Shown: positions 39,802 through 57,573, numbered from the stretch's first letter. The stretch is 64,000 bases of DNA from Octopus vulgaris (GCA_951406725.2 OX597817.1:65348001-65412000), one strand, 5' to 3'. Notes: generated by a model not told the origin, from the letters alone. Translations and numbers: made by a program.

Positions 39802-40927
39802 TGTGTGTGTGTGTCTGTGCGTGTGTGTGTGTGTTTCTTTCAATACAGGCGTCAATTGCATATTGTACTGCTGCCGTTCGTAGGATGCTGCCGGCAACTT
39901 GATGTATGAGTCATAGATAATAATACTACTGCCTCAACCACCTCTACCACTATAATCGCCACAACCACTACTACCACCGCGATCAGCAACAGTACGACTA
40001 TGACCACCGTCACCAACACCATCATCATCAACACCATCATTACCATCTGCACCGCCACCGCCACCAAGAACCATAACCATCGACATCAATTCACCATTAA
40101 GCCGAGCGTCATCGTTTGACACGTGCGCAAATATACAACACACCACGTGTATATGGTGTCTGTCAACTCAATACATATACATATGCATAATATGTATGTG
40201 CGTGAGTGTGTTTGTGAGTGTATATATATATATATATATATATGCATACATACATACATACATACATATACATACATATGTATGAATGATTATATATGCT
40301 TCTATGTATACACTCATACACACACATACTCACACACATGTGTAAGAAGTAAGACGGAGAGAGAGAGAGATACTGATAACCCTAACAGCCGATGTGTGTG
40401 CATTTGTGCGCGCGGGCGTGTATCTGCAATACCTGCATACCTTTATGTCTGTTTGTGTGTGTGTGCATATGGACAGAGTTAAACCATTAGATATGCATCT
40501 ATATTTATATGACTCGAAAACGCATTAACTCATTTATTCACACCTTCGTGCATGTTCCTTGTTTTGTCATATGCATATATATATACACCCATGCACATAT
40601 ACAATTATAGGTTCATGTAGTATGCATGCATATGTACATGCCCCCCCCCCCCACATATGCATGTATAGGTACGTCCACACATAAACACAAATATAAATGA
40701 CAACTGTTGTGTTGAGACATTAGCAATATTATAGCCACAAGACTGGAAATTTGGTGGGAAGGACTAGTCGATTATATCAGCTCCAGCACTCAATTCGTAC
40801 TTATTTCATTGCCCCCCCCCCCGAAAAGACGAAATACTGCCAAGCACTTTCTCCGACACGCTAACGATTTTGTTCAGCACATACACGCAACAATACAAGC
40901 ATACATGTATGTATATATATATACACG

Positions 40928-42201
40928 CAGGGGTTGGACAAAATAATGGAAACACCTTAAAATTTCAAACAAATTTATTTTAATATGGGGTAGGACCACC
41001 TTTGGTAGTAATTACAGCTTGAATTCTATGAGGTATGGATTCGAACAAAGTTTAAATTGTTTCCAAAGGAATTTTTGTCCATTCTTCAGCTAAAACAGTT
41101 TCCAGTTCTTGTAGTGGTGATGGTGAAGGATATTGACTCCTTACTTGTTTTTCTACAATGCACCACAAATGTTCAATAATATTGAGGTCTGGGAACTGTG
41201 GTGGTCAGATAAGATGTTCAACTTCACTAGAATGTTTCTCGTGCTATTCAGTAACAACCTTAGCTGTGTGAATTGGTGCATTATCATCCTGAAAGATTGG
41301 GTTTCTCTCCGGAAACAGTTCCGCAAACATACGATGAATTTGATCAGATAAAATTCTTAAATAGTCTTGACTATTAATTCTGCCATGAAGGGAATCCACT
41401 GGGCCAGCGGATTTCCAAGATATTACCCCGCCAGATCATCACAGACCCTCCTCCATGTTTAACAGCTGGAAGAATGCAGTCTGGGTCAACTGCTTCTTTT
41501 GGCTGTATCCACACGTATACTCGGCCGGTAGTCGGAAATAAGGTAAAGGATAACTCGTCTGAGAGAATAACATTCTTCCACTGCACCAAGGACCAATTCT
41601 GTAGGTTTTTACTCCACTCTAAACGCTTTGCAATGTTCGTTTTTGAAAGTAGTGGTTTTCTGATTACAGCCCTCCCGTGAAATCCAGCTATGTGCAGCTC
41701 CCGACGAAGAGTTTTTGTGGAAACTGGGTTCTCGAGGTAGTCATTAAGCTCTGCAGTAGTTTTGGGAGCTGTACTTTTGTGATGCTTCCTAACAATTCGT
41801 GTAAGAGTCCGACGGTCCTTATCTGAAAGTTTTGGTTTTCTTCCGGAGTTTTGTTTCAACGAGGAGGTTTTTCCCTCTTTTTGAAAGGCTGTCATTACTT
41901 TCGAGAGAGTATTTCTTGATACACCAAACATTTCGGCTGTTTTCGTTACACTAGCGCCTGACATACGAGCACCAACAATTTGACCTCCTTGAAAGTCCGA
42001 TAGATCTGTCATTTTAATGAATTTTAATTACCTTTTTCTGATGATATCTGAAAAGAAGCAGCAATTTTAGCAAAACATATTAAGCAACACTAATGATAAA
42101 TAAAAAAACACAAAAATAAAAAAGCTTTTGAGGATTTTATAGATATTTGAAAGTTATGATGCTATGATACTCGGTGTTTCCATTATTTTGTCCAACCCCT
42201 G
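40928..42201 (-). mobile_element. Tc1/mariner DNA transposon, DD36E (Incomer-like), 1274 bp
   Basis: Perfect 29-bp TIRs caggggttggacaaaataatggaaacacc (40928-40956 and 42173-42201) enclosing a transposase. Confidence 0.95.
40980..42012 (-). pseudogene. Tc1-family transposase pseudogene
   Basis: 212-aa ORF (HTH, GRKPKL, ILSDE, KHGGGSVMIW), then a +1 frameshift near 41430 continuing ...FQDDNAPIH...*PPQFPDLNIIEHLW...KGGPTPY*, with three in-frame stops. Confidence 0.93.
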
Positions 42202-42314
42202 TGTGTGTGTATATATATATACACATATACTTGTATATATATATATATATATATGTATGTATGAATATAATGTATGTATATGTGTGTGTATCTATATTTG
42301 TGTGCCTGTGTGTG

Positions 42315-42718
42315 TATAATACATATTATGTGTGAGAATAATATGTATTATATTAATACACATGACAAGTACACATGTATACTCACAGTGGCTTGCACAT
42401 GTCTTAAGGAATGAACACATGTCTATTATCCAGACATAATGTAACATCCCAACACACCATTCCATCTCAGACTCCGTTCCAAACCACTATAGTTTGACAA
42501 TCCATCATCGATGTTTGCCCCATTTCTTTACTGCCGTTCCGATAGCTGAATGTATATCAACACGGACTGAAACAATGAATCTCTAGGCAATTGATGGTTT
42601 GGTTTTGTCTAAATTTACTATAAAGCCAGTAATAAATCTGTCTGAATGTATATCCACCAGTCTTGCTGCATCTTTCTCTATTTTATGGCTATATCTAGCT
42701 AGCTTGCTTATGTGATAT
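42315..42718. repeat. ~400-bp repeat, left arm of an inverted pair with 44881-45286
   Basis: Long shared blocks, e.g. ccatcatcgatgtttgccccatttctttactgccgttcc and its reverse complement at ~45055-45095. Confidence 0.92.
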
Positions 42719-43029
42719 GTATGTGTGTTGTATATATATATATGTGCATGCAAGTATATAAATTTATATAAACATACATTCATATACACACACACGGACA
42801 TATATATGCATGCATACATACATATATACATACATACATACATTCATACATCCATACATTCATACATACATACACACACATACATACATACATACATACA
42901 TACATACATACATACATACATACATACATACATACATACATACATACATACATACATACATACATACATGCATACATACATACATACATACATACATAGG
43001 AATATGTTAGCAGAAAACTCCGTGATGAT

Positions 43030-43700
43030 AGTAATATCGATCATCAAAGCAGTTTATCATTGAAGAATAGCCGGATTATTACCTCACACTTTGAAGAGTA
43101 TGCATTTATAATCCACGAACGGGAAATATCAACCTGATGCAGAAAAGGGGTAGGCATGCGGCAAAAGAAGTAAAATGTGACAACTGATGCTGACTTTTTG
43201 GAGTTCACACTGAAGATATCACCCACATCATAAGCAGTTGTCCGAAAATGTCATCACAGTATTATCTACTGATGAGACATGACGTTGTAGTTAGGACACT
43301 TTATAATGAAATCTGTCGGAAGGATAATCCTAAGGACAAAGAAATAAAAATCCACAGTATAGTAGAAGTCATAGCCACTCATAATAAAAAGGAATACTGG
43401 TGGAATGTACCAATGAAGACCTCAATACAATGTAAGCACAACAGAACTGCTAACGATTCTGTCATTTCGTTGCCTTAAAGAAATAATGAGAAACCTATGT
43501 CTCTTATATTCAAACTACAAATTTTCATTTGTTCCTATTATCATAGATTTACTGAGCTACGTAGCAACAAAGTTCCACAGAAACCTAGAAAATTTGGCTT
43601 CACCAAAAACGAAGAGAGCAAACTGATATGCTTTCTCCAGATACGGTCGATCAGAGGACAACTGAAAATTTGTAAAACAATTCTGGGATTCTCCATTTGA
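43030..43700 (+). pseudogene. R4/Dong-type LINE 3' remnant (CCHC finger + REL endonuclease)
   Basis: ITSHFEEYAFIIHEREIST...KCDN*C*LFGVHTEDITHIISSCPKMSSQYYLLMRHD...YWWNVPMKTSIQCKHNR...KICKTILGF. Confidence 0.85.
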
Positions 43701-44524
43701 TGTTCTTCGGTGCACATAAGCATTTAATCACAGATATGTATGGAATACATATGAACACGAACATACACAGTAATGAAATACACACAGATGTTATTTTGTA
43801 ACACGCAAACCCATGACTGTAGGATTATTGACATATACACAAATACACGCAAAACCTACATGCGTGCATTGACCACTTCAGGTCACCACAGTCATCAAAA
43901 ACTCTCTTGACTTAAACAAGGGAGCCTTACCAATTAGTTGGTGACTAGACTTAATTCCGGAAAGGAAAAAATTAATACTTTAAATGATTTGCAAAGAAAT
44001 ATACATACGTTTTTGAGTGCGTGCATATATGTGTGTCTGTATGCATGCATATATAAATACATAATCAAATTTGTGTGTGTGTTGGTGGGGTCCGTATATA
44101 AGGACATAAGCATATATACATGATTGAATAACTAAGATCGTTTTCCACCTGGAGTCCTTATGCTTAATCGTCAAGCATGGTAACTTGGGCAAATGGTTTT
44201 ACTATTAATTCTGGTCGGCTCAAGTTTTGTGAGTTAAACTCGCCAGACAGAAATTGATCAGAAATTCGTACCTGGAACTAAAAAGCTCAAGCCTGTTCAC
44301 ATTATGTCACACTGATTCTTCATGTGAAAATTACGTTAAGGGGCACACGTGGCTGTAGAATACTCAGCCACTTCAAACGTTATTTCAATAAGTAGGTCAC
44401 CACTTCATCGAACTACTGTATACTCATTTTTCGAAATCGACAGAGTCCATTATAAATGTCTGATGCTTTGTGTGTGACATTTTCTGTGTATGTACGCAGG
44501 TATGCGCTATTTTGTGTGTACGGT

Positions 44525-44580
<56 letters not shown>

Positions 44581-44710
44581 CAGAGAGAGAGACAGAGAGA
44601 GAAACAACTAGTTTTGAATTTCTGAGCGAGAAATATTTAATAACAGTACCGAACAGTAAAGTCTATTTGCCACATTGTGCTGGCCAATAGACTTTACTGT
44701 GTGTGTGTGT

Positions 44711-44830
<120 letters not shown>

Positions 44831-44880
44831 GCATGTATGTATATATGTTTGTGTGTGCTTCCACATATATTATATTATAT

Positions 44881-45286
44881 ATATCTCATTAGCTAGCGAG
44901 ATATAGCAATAAAATATACAAAGACACAGGAAGACAGGCGGATATACATTCAGACAGATTTATTACTGACTTTATAGTAAATTTAGACAAAACCGAGCCA
45001 TCAATTGCCTAGCGATTCATTGTTTCAGTCCGTGTTGATATACATTCAGCTGTTGGAACGGCAGTAAAGAAATGGGGCAAACATCGATGATGGATTATCA
45101 AACTATAGTGCTTGGAGCAGAGTCTTGGATGGAATGGTAAGTGTGTTGGGATGTTACATTATGCCTGTATAATAGACATGTGTTCATTCCTTAAGACATG
45201 TGTATTTCACTGTGTATATACTTGTGTACTTGTTACTGTGAGTACGAATATAATACATATTATACACTCACATAATATGTATTATA
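44881..45286. repeat. ~400-bp repeat, right arm of an inverted pair with 42315-42718
   Basis: Reverse complement of 42315-42718 with scattered mismatches. Confidence 0.92.
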
Positions 45287-45293
45287 TCAACCT

Positions 45294-45401
<108 letters not shown>

Positions 45402-46173
45402 CATGTATCTGTGTGTATGTGAATGGATGTATGTATGTATATATTTACTTACGTTAGACGTAACGGATTCGGAGAATAAGTACTCAAAGCTGATGCTAGA
45501 GTACAGATAATTCCAAACGGTCAGCTGAAACCAACTTGTAAAAAGCTTCAGAAAGTCCAAGTACATTTTGTAGGGTGTGTAGTTTCAACCAGTTTGTTAT
45601 AAATTATACTTCGTAGCATGATTGAATTTTGAGTGATTCAGAAAACGATGCAAGGTATTTAGAAAGTATGCTTTCTTTAAAAAAATCTTATCTTATTTGC
45701 TCTATCACATCCTACCGCGCGAAAGTATATCTTCGAAACTGTTTAAATATGTGTACCAGTGTATGCCTTTAGCTTGTTTGTGTGCGCGTGTGTGTGTGGT
45801 TGTCTGAGTGTCCGAGTTTACGCGCACGTGTGTGCTCGTGGCACAATTGCAGTAATCTATGATTAAAAAAGACTATACATTCTGTCACATTACGTATTGC
45901 AATCTGTACCACCGTTCACAAATTGTGCAGAATATGTACTCAGAACCCGCAAATTACTTGGTGACGCAAAGCGTATTTTAAAAACATGCCTAGACCCGTG
46001 TTTCCAAAGCATGAAACTATTAGTAACTCATATCTTTACATTATGTACATTAAATGATATTTGTCTCCCAGTGGTTAGAGTACTTTTTTCAGTTGAAGTT
46101 GCTTGATGCGAACTGTAAACTCTGTATGTGTGTGTTTGTGTGTGTGTTTGTGTGTGTGCGCGTGTATATATAT

Positions 46174-46755
46174 ATTCTTTTATTCTTTTACTTGTTTCAG
46201 TCATTTGGCTGTGGCCGTGCTAGAGGACCACCTTTAGTCGAGCAAATCGACACCAGGATTTATTCTTTTTAAGTCTAGTACTTATTCTATCCGTCTCTTT
46301 TACCGAACCGCTAAGTTACGGGGACATAAACAAACAAGCATCGGTTGTCAAGCGATGTTGTGAGGGGGGGGGGGCAAACACAAATATTAGTTCATATATA
46401 TATATATAGAACTATAAATAAGGATATCTGAGAGACACCACCATGGTGGTATCTCTCGGCATGGTGCTGTCTCTCAGATACCCTCATTTATAGTTGTAAA
46501 AAATTATTACCTTTGTATGGTATTTATTCCCATGCTGGCCACTTGATAATATCGGTATTATCCTTATTTATAAATTTATATATATATATACGACGGGCTT
46601 CTTTCAGTTTCCGTCAGCCAAATCAACTCACAAGGTTTTGGTCGGCCCGAGGCTATAGTAGACAACACTTGCCAAAGGTGTCACGCAGTGGAACTGAAGC
46701 CGGAACAATGTGGTTGATAAGCAAGCTACTTACCACACAGCCACTCTTGTGCCTA
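46174..46755 (-). mobile_element. SINE family A with an insertion in its central microsatellite
   Basis: Both SINE halves are present, separated by ~46410-46578 of foreign sequence bounded by (TA)n. Confidence 0.9.
46410..46495. repeat. 86-bp palindrome (36-bp arms, 14-nt loop)
   Basis: aactataaataaggatatctgagagacaccaccatg vs catggtgctgtctctcagataccctcatttatagtt, 33/36 complementary. Confidence 0.93.
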
Positions 46756-46767
46756 TATGAAATAAAG

Positions 46768-46811
<44 letters not shown>

Positions 46812-47205
46812 GTATGTATGTATGTATGTATGTATGTATGTATGTATGTATGTATGTATGTATGTGTGTGTATGCATCTGTGTATGTATGTGATATAATA
46901 AAACCCCAAAAGTACAAGTATCGACGGCTTCTTGGCTCAAATATTAATTTAGTTCACCATTTATGAAGCTGGTAAAAGCCATCTTGACAAATGGCGAAAT
47001 AAATTAATTTTTCGGCCAGGAAAACATGGGCAGCTGATTTTCCACAAAATGTTTTGTGGTTTTTGTTATAATTTCATGTACATACATACATACGTACATA
47101 CATACATACATACATACATACATACATACATACATACATACATACATGCATGCATACATACATATATACATATATAATACATACATACACACGTACATAC
47201 GTATT

Positions 47206-47264
<59 letters not shown>

Positions 47265-47298
47265 TTGTGTGTATACATTATTGGAAGCCAAAACTTCT

Positions 47299-49939
<2,641 letters not shown>

Positions 49940-50138
49940 TGTAGGTGCGGAGGATATTTCTATGTCTTTTGCAAGTCTTCAAAATTACTGCAATTGTCGA
50001 TTATTGCCGAATAGTACCGATTATTGACAAGCATTTGTTTACGTTTCACTTTGATTCAGGGCAGTGTACCCATCGTCTTATAAGTAGAAAGTTCGGTAGG
50101 CCGCTACAGTCCCTCCTAGATTGCTTAGTTTGTCATTG

Positions 50139-50330
50139 TTAACCCTTTAGTTACCGAATTTCTCTTGAAATACACCCTCTTTATTTCAATTAATGTTGTA
50201 AACAATGAAGAATTTAATAAAATATATTGGTCATTATTAAACTGGGGATTGGAACATAAATCAACGTGAGATTTTAATAAGAAATTTTGATTTATGTCAC
50301 TTTATATAGGAGTTTGCATCATAGAAGCAG
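50139..50330 (+). mobile_element. Possible piggyBac-type MITE fragment
   Basis: Begins TTAA|CCCTTTAG like the copy at 61698; the other end was not found. Confidence 0.35.
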
Positions 50331-51684
50331 GGACTGTCTTGGACGAGTTGGTATCGAAAGGATACCTCCTCAACTGGTGGAAAACTACAACTGCAGAAAA
50401 TAAAATAAAAAGCAAAAACAAAAACAAAAACCAACGATTGCAGAATCTCGGAGACCAATGTTCAGGAAAAGAGGGACTAAGTGTATCAGTTAGTGTAGGG
50501 CTAGAGATGATACAATATGAGTAAGAAGACAAAGTAAATGAGGTGGGAGTGTTTCGGTGGAGGTAGGCCAAGACCAGTAAGATACAATCCAGGAGTAGGA
50601 GTCATTATAATTAGTCTTGGTGTAATTTTGTTTGTGTTATTGATGTTATCACTGCTATTTTTATTACAGATGTTTCTGCTGTTACTGTTGATGCTGTTAC
50701 CATTCTCCTTATCGTTGCTGCTGCTACTACTGTTGTTGTAAATTCTTAATACTGATGCTGTTATTTTCAGTTCCAGGTCGATTGTTATTGTTGTTGTTGT
50801 CGTTGTTGCTGTTGTTATCATTGTTGTCGCTATTTATTTGTTGTTGTTGTTTCTGGTGTTGCTGTTATAGATGTCGCTGTTGTTAAAGTTGTCGCTGTCG
50901 TTACTATCATTGTTTAGCTCCAGGTCAGTTCTTGTTGTTATTACCGATGTTCTCATCGTTGTTGTTGTCGTTATTGTCAATGTTAAAGTTGTTTTCGTTA
51001 TTAGTGCTTTCGTTTCCGTCGCAGCCGCCGCACCACAACCTAACATAACACATATACGACATTCCCATACTGTTATCTAGAAATCTACCTTATCCTTTCA
51101 AACACTCCACTCCACTTTCCTTTCTTTCTGATTCTCCCACCTCAACCTCCTACCTCTCATTTTTCTCGTTTTACCTCCTACTTCACCTTGCTATCGCCCA
51201 CGTCATCTTCATATCTCCCACTTCACCCTTTTACCTCCCTATCATTGTTGTGTGTTTTATTGTACATCATCTTGCTCGTTGATCTAATTAAGTACACGAA
51301 TATTACATTGTCTTTTAAACTATTCCATTAGCCTGCTGCTCTTTGGTGATATGCCTGGTTGTAGATGTACATGTCTGGTGCGTATATATGTGTGTGTGTG
51401 TATGTGTGCGTGTTGTCTTGCTCTCTATGTCATCAACCCCCTCTCAAGCGCGCACACACATACGTGCACACATGAGTAAAAACATGTGTGTATGTATGTA
51501 TGTATGCATTCATGCACGTACGTATGTATGCAGTGTATAGACGGTGTACAGACACGTACATGATATATGTATTTGATCTAATTGAACTAACAATAAAATT
51601 ACCAACACTTTTAAAGTCAACAGCGATGACCTGCAAAATAATAACAAAAGCAAAACGACAACAAAGCATGAACAATGAAACAGA

Positions 51685-52910
<1,226 letters not shown>

Positions 52911-53312
52911 ATGGCATATTGTGAAAGTGATGGGCCCGTTAAATATTGAAGTATAATTAACCTTTTGTTTTCAAACCAAATGAAGGTTTAATTCCAGAAT
53001 TAATGGAAACTCGTCCGGACGAGAATCAGTCTCCGAAATGGCATTATTTTGGTTAATGGTAATCAAGATAGCAAGGAATAGCAGATTTCCTGGAGAGGCA
53101 CAGTGACAGATAGAGATTTAGAGAGAAAGAGTGAATGAGGTTGCGCGCGCGCGCGCAGACTCTGTGAATGGAAGAGGTCGAGGAAGAAGGCGAGGGCAAA
53201 GAGAAAGCGAGTACAGCGGGCACAGATAAAGAACGAAATGGAACAGAAAGAAGGGCAGATTACGTTCACACATACGCACATGAAAGCATACATCCATCGT
53301 ATCACCCAGCCA

Positions 53313-53387
<75 letters not shown>

Positions 53388-53564
53388 GCGCTCACACACA
53401 CACACACACACACATTAAACACTGCATACATAGATGTGCACAGATACTCACACACAACTCTGGTTATACAGAAAACGCACATGTATTACGGTTCAATACA
53501 ACTAAATGACAACCAACTTTGCTTTATTTTTGTCATTAGCTATATATAGTTAATAGTAATCGAT

Positions 53565-53780
53565 CAACTGGTAGAATCGTTTGAAAAAAAATGCCTGCAA
53601 CGTTTGTTCCTGCTCTTTATTCTTTACATTTTGAGTTCAAATCCCATCGAGGTCAAATTTGCCTTGCATCCTTTTAAGGTCGAGAGAATAAAGTACCAGT
53701 CCAGAACTGGTGGAGATGTAATTGACAAATTCCTCCCATCAAAATGGCTGGTTTTGCACCTAAATCGGAAACAATTATTA
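53565..53780 (+). mobile_element. SINE family B, diverged
   Basis: ctggtagaatcgtt...gagttcaaatcccatcgaggtc...tttgccttgcatcctttt. Confidence 0.8.
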
Positions 53781-54011
53781 TTGAAATGTTTCTTTAGAAA
53801 TATACTTGGGCACAACGTTGGCGTTAGTTATGAGACTAGTTAGTGTCGTATACAATAATTTACAGTATTTGTTCCCGTTCTCTCCGCTCCGAGTTCAAAT
53901 CTCCTATCTTGTTTCAAGGATTTATAAACCAAATACCAGTTCTTTTTAACTGGAGTAAATTCTAGTACTTCACTCTTTCCCTCTCTCTCTGCTTCTCTGT
54001 CTCTGTCTGTC

Positions 54012-54046
<35 letters not shown>

Positions 54047-54151
54047 GAATCAGCTGTTTTGCGCTGTGAGAAGCGTCGTGGAGTAGCACAATGTTTCTTT
54101 CTCCAGCAGCGGAGAATATTGAGCAAGGGGCTAGAAAACTCTTCTTATATT

Positions 54152-54582
54152 CTTTTCTACTCTAGGCACAAGGCCCGAAATTTTGGAGGAGGAGACCTGT
54201 CGATTAGATCGACCCCAGTACGCAACCAGTACTTAGTTTATCGACCCCGAAAGGATGAAAGGCAAAGTCGACCTGGGTGGAATTTGAACTCAAAACGTAA
54301 ACACAGACGAAGTACCGTTAAGCATTTCGCCCGGAGTGCTAACGTTTCTTATTTCTTTATTGCCCACAAGGGGCTACATACAATGGGGACAAACAAGGAC
54401 AGACAAACGGATTAAGTCGATTATATCGACCTCAGTTCGTAACTGGTACTTAATTTATCGACCCCGAAAGGATGAAAGGTAAAGTCGACCTCGGTGGAAT
54501 TTGAACTCAGAACGTAACGGCAGACGAAATACCGCTAAGCATTTCGCCCGGCGTGCTAACGATTCTGCCAGCTCACCGCCTT
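54152..54582 (-). mobile_element. Head-to-tail dimer of SINE family B with a single 16-bp TSD
   Basis: Two monomers with different 3' tails; perfect TSD aaactcttcttatatt at 54136-54151 and 54583-54598. Confidence 0.93.
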
Positions 54583-55014
54583 AAACTCTTCTTATATTAA
54601 AACTTAACTGCCACTGGAACTGTCAGCGTATTGTCGGATGGGCAGTACCGGACAGAAGTAATATAAAACAGAGTGCAGTGTTGGTAGAGAGGAACAAAAT
54701 GTCTTTTGTTCTTCTTTATATTTTAATCTGGAGAGGAGGATGGCAGTTATTGACTCATTTGATTTTTAAAATTTTATTCTAAAATACAGTATCCGATATG
54801 TTCTTTTCTTTTAATGGTAGAATATGATTTAAGGTTGATTCGGATGTTATTTCTAGCAGGCAAAGCGACCATGTGGAAGCCAGGTCATGACAAGTAGGCC
54901 ATTAAATATTGTGAATCCTGACAATTTTAAATTTTGCAAATGTTTCTTTCATATCTTGTGAAATGTCAATGAAAATGTACCAATAATATGTTGAGGTCGA
55001 CTATATTCTACACG

Positions 55015-55163
55015 GCGAGCTGGCAGAAGGCGGCGAGCTGGCAGAAACGTTAGCACGCCGGGCGAAATGCGTTGCCGTATTTCGTCTGCCGTTACGTTCC
55101 GAGCGTTTGTCTGTCCTTGTTTGTCTCCTCTGTGTTTAGCCCCTTGTGTGTAGTAAAGAAATA
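55015..55163 (+). mobile_element. Internally deleted SINE family B with duplicated 5' end and 13-bp TSD
   Basis: TSD tatattctacacg (55002-55014 and 55164-55176); ggcgagctggcagaa occurs twice; central body missing. Confidence 0.9.
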
Positions 55164-55792
55164 TATATTCTACACGTTAATAATGTAGTTTTGTTAATTT
55201 CTTTAGAGTATGTACATACATATTACAAAACTAAGAACAAGGAAGGTCGAGACAAATAGTGGTGATGATTTGTTTGAATAAAAAACGTGTTTTTCTGTCC
55301 TAGAGTTTATTCCGCATTATGCGGAGTCCACTTGTTTATTAATACGACTGATGCATTACCCTAATCGACACATAGCTCATTCTGACATTGGAGTCTTATC
55401 AGCGTTAGCCGAGTCTCGAAGGACTCGCTTAACTACTGCGTTACAGCGTTCGTTGGTAGAGATACCTTCAGACCTCTATGAAAGCTCTTTACATTCTGAG
55501 TTCAAATGACAAAGGACAACATTAATAATTCAAGCAAACCATTACCTTCGAATGGTGCTTTATTGATCGAACCGTTTCTTTTCTTTTATATATATATACC
55601 GAGGCTGTATTTGAACTCGGAGATTATAGAGACGAAACATACTGTAATACGATCATACATGTATGAATGTGTGTGAGTGTGTGTGTGTACGTATGTGCGT
55701 GGGCATGTGAATGCATATATTAAAGTCTAAAATTTATATGAAAATGAATACTTCATAAACTGCATGTATGTATGTGTATATATATATACACA

Positions 55793-55834
<42 letters not shown>

Positions 55835-57573
55835 TATACACGTAAATATTTATTGTATATGTATGTATATATATAAATATATATATTAATACTTACGTGC
55901 ATGTGAATGTCGTTATGCGCAATAATATATAAAATTAAATATATATATATATGCATACATACATAAATACACATTTGTGTATGAGTATTTATACATCGTG
56001 CATACATGCATGCTTAGATACATGTAATGATACACTTAAAAAGCAACACTTTATTCCGATAGACCATGAAAGTAAGTCATTAATTGTTTTGGGCAACACT
56101 AATAATTTTATCATTGGAATAAGTAAAAATAAGAGGAAAGTACAGAATGGGAGAGAGAGAGAAGGTGATAAGAGTGAGATAGATAGCGGGAGAGAGTGGA
56201 TAGTAATTATGAATACACGGTGGGAGATGCGGCGCTTGAAAAAAGAACATTTTGATTTAAATAATAATTTCAGTTTTATTGCACATGTTGCATTGAGGGT
56301 GGTTTTAAAAATTGATTTTTATTGTAGCTTATTTTTGAGATATTACGGAAGGGAGGATTAGATTAACTGTTTCGGTTAGGCAGGGCAGTAACTTTTCTGG
56401 AGAATGAATGAAAGTTACCATGTCTCGTTCTTTGCTTTAAACCTGTACAGAATAAATAGATAAATGAATAAGTTGAAGTCTACAACAGTTCACTAAGAAC
56501 TTACATATAACACCCGCTGTTATTATCTTTGATGACACGCATCAAAGATGTTGCCGTCTTCGTCGTCGTCGTCATTATCTTCATCACCATTATCATCCAT
56601 ATCATCATCCACATCATCATCATCATCATCATCCACATCATCATCATCATTTCTAAATTAGGCATTTCGCTGTAAAGTTATGCCAAATAACATTTGAGGG
56701 TCGAGTCATGATGTGCACGGCCTTTCCAGTGCCGAAGGCATTGCCGTCAACCAAAGCACGGCGACTATATAGTTACATAGAAGCACGTTTATGCTATCAT
56801 TTCGCTCTCTCACACACACACTCTCTTTCTCTTTCTCTGTGTTTGTCTCTATCTCTGTCGCTCTCTCTCTCTCTCTTTCCCCTCTCACTCTTTCTATCTT
56901 TCATATACCTTTCTAACTCTTCTGTTTATCCCCGTGTGTAATAATTACTAACACTCCTTTTACCCATCTATACTCTTCCTCTACACCGTGTATTTTTTTC
57001 TACCTCTCTATCTCACTCTAATCGCTTCCTCTCATTTCCAGTTCTATCTTCTCAACTTATCTTTACTTACACCACTGATAAAATCTATTGACATGTCGCC
57101 CACGGCAATCAGTAACTTACCTTCATGTTCCACTGGGTTAAAATACTGGTTATATATGTGTATGTATGTACACATATGAGCATTTGTGTGTGTATGTATG
57201 CCTGAATTTATGAATGGAAGTAAGTGAATATATATATACAGTTTATATACAAATCCGCATACACTTATGTGTGAGACATTTTAGATTTGTATGCATCTAT
57301 GTAAGTGATTGAAAAAGTTACACGGAAAGTAATGTATGAACGTGTGTGTGTATGCATGTATGAACGTATGTATTTGTGTGTGTATATGTGTTTGACCGGT
57401 TTTACTTTTCAAATTTCTTGACAAGAAAACGCCGTTTCAAACACAGATACGAAGTTTTGTCAATAGAATGTAAAAATCAACTAGCTGTTCTTATATATGT
57501 ATATGTATGCATTTAAATATGTATGTGTGTATATATGTATATTTGTCATTTATGTGCATATAATAGTGTGCAG

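Noticed and set aside
42540-42580. Possible hammerhead (ctgaatg...acggactgaaac) in the 400-bp inverted repeat
   Set aside because: No stem II can be formed and the core spacing is wrong
55312-55326. Palindrome tccgcattatgcgga, like a LINE 3' stem-loop
   Set aside because: Isolated 15-mer with no supporting upstream homology visible
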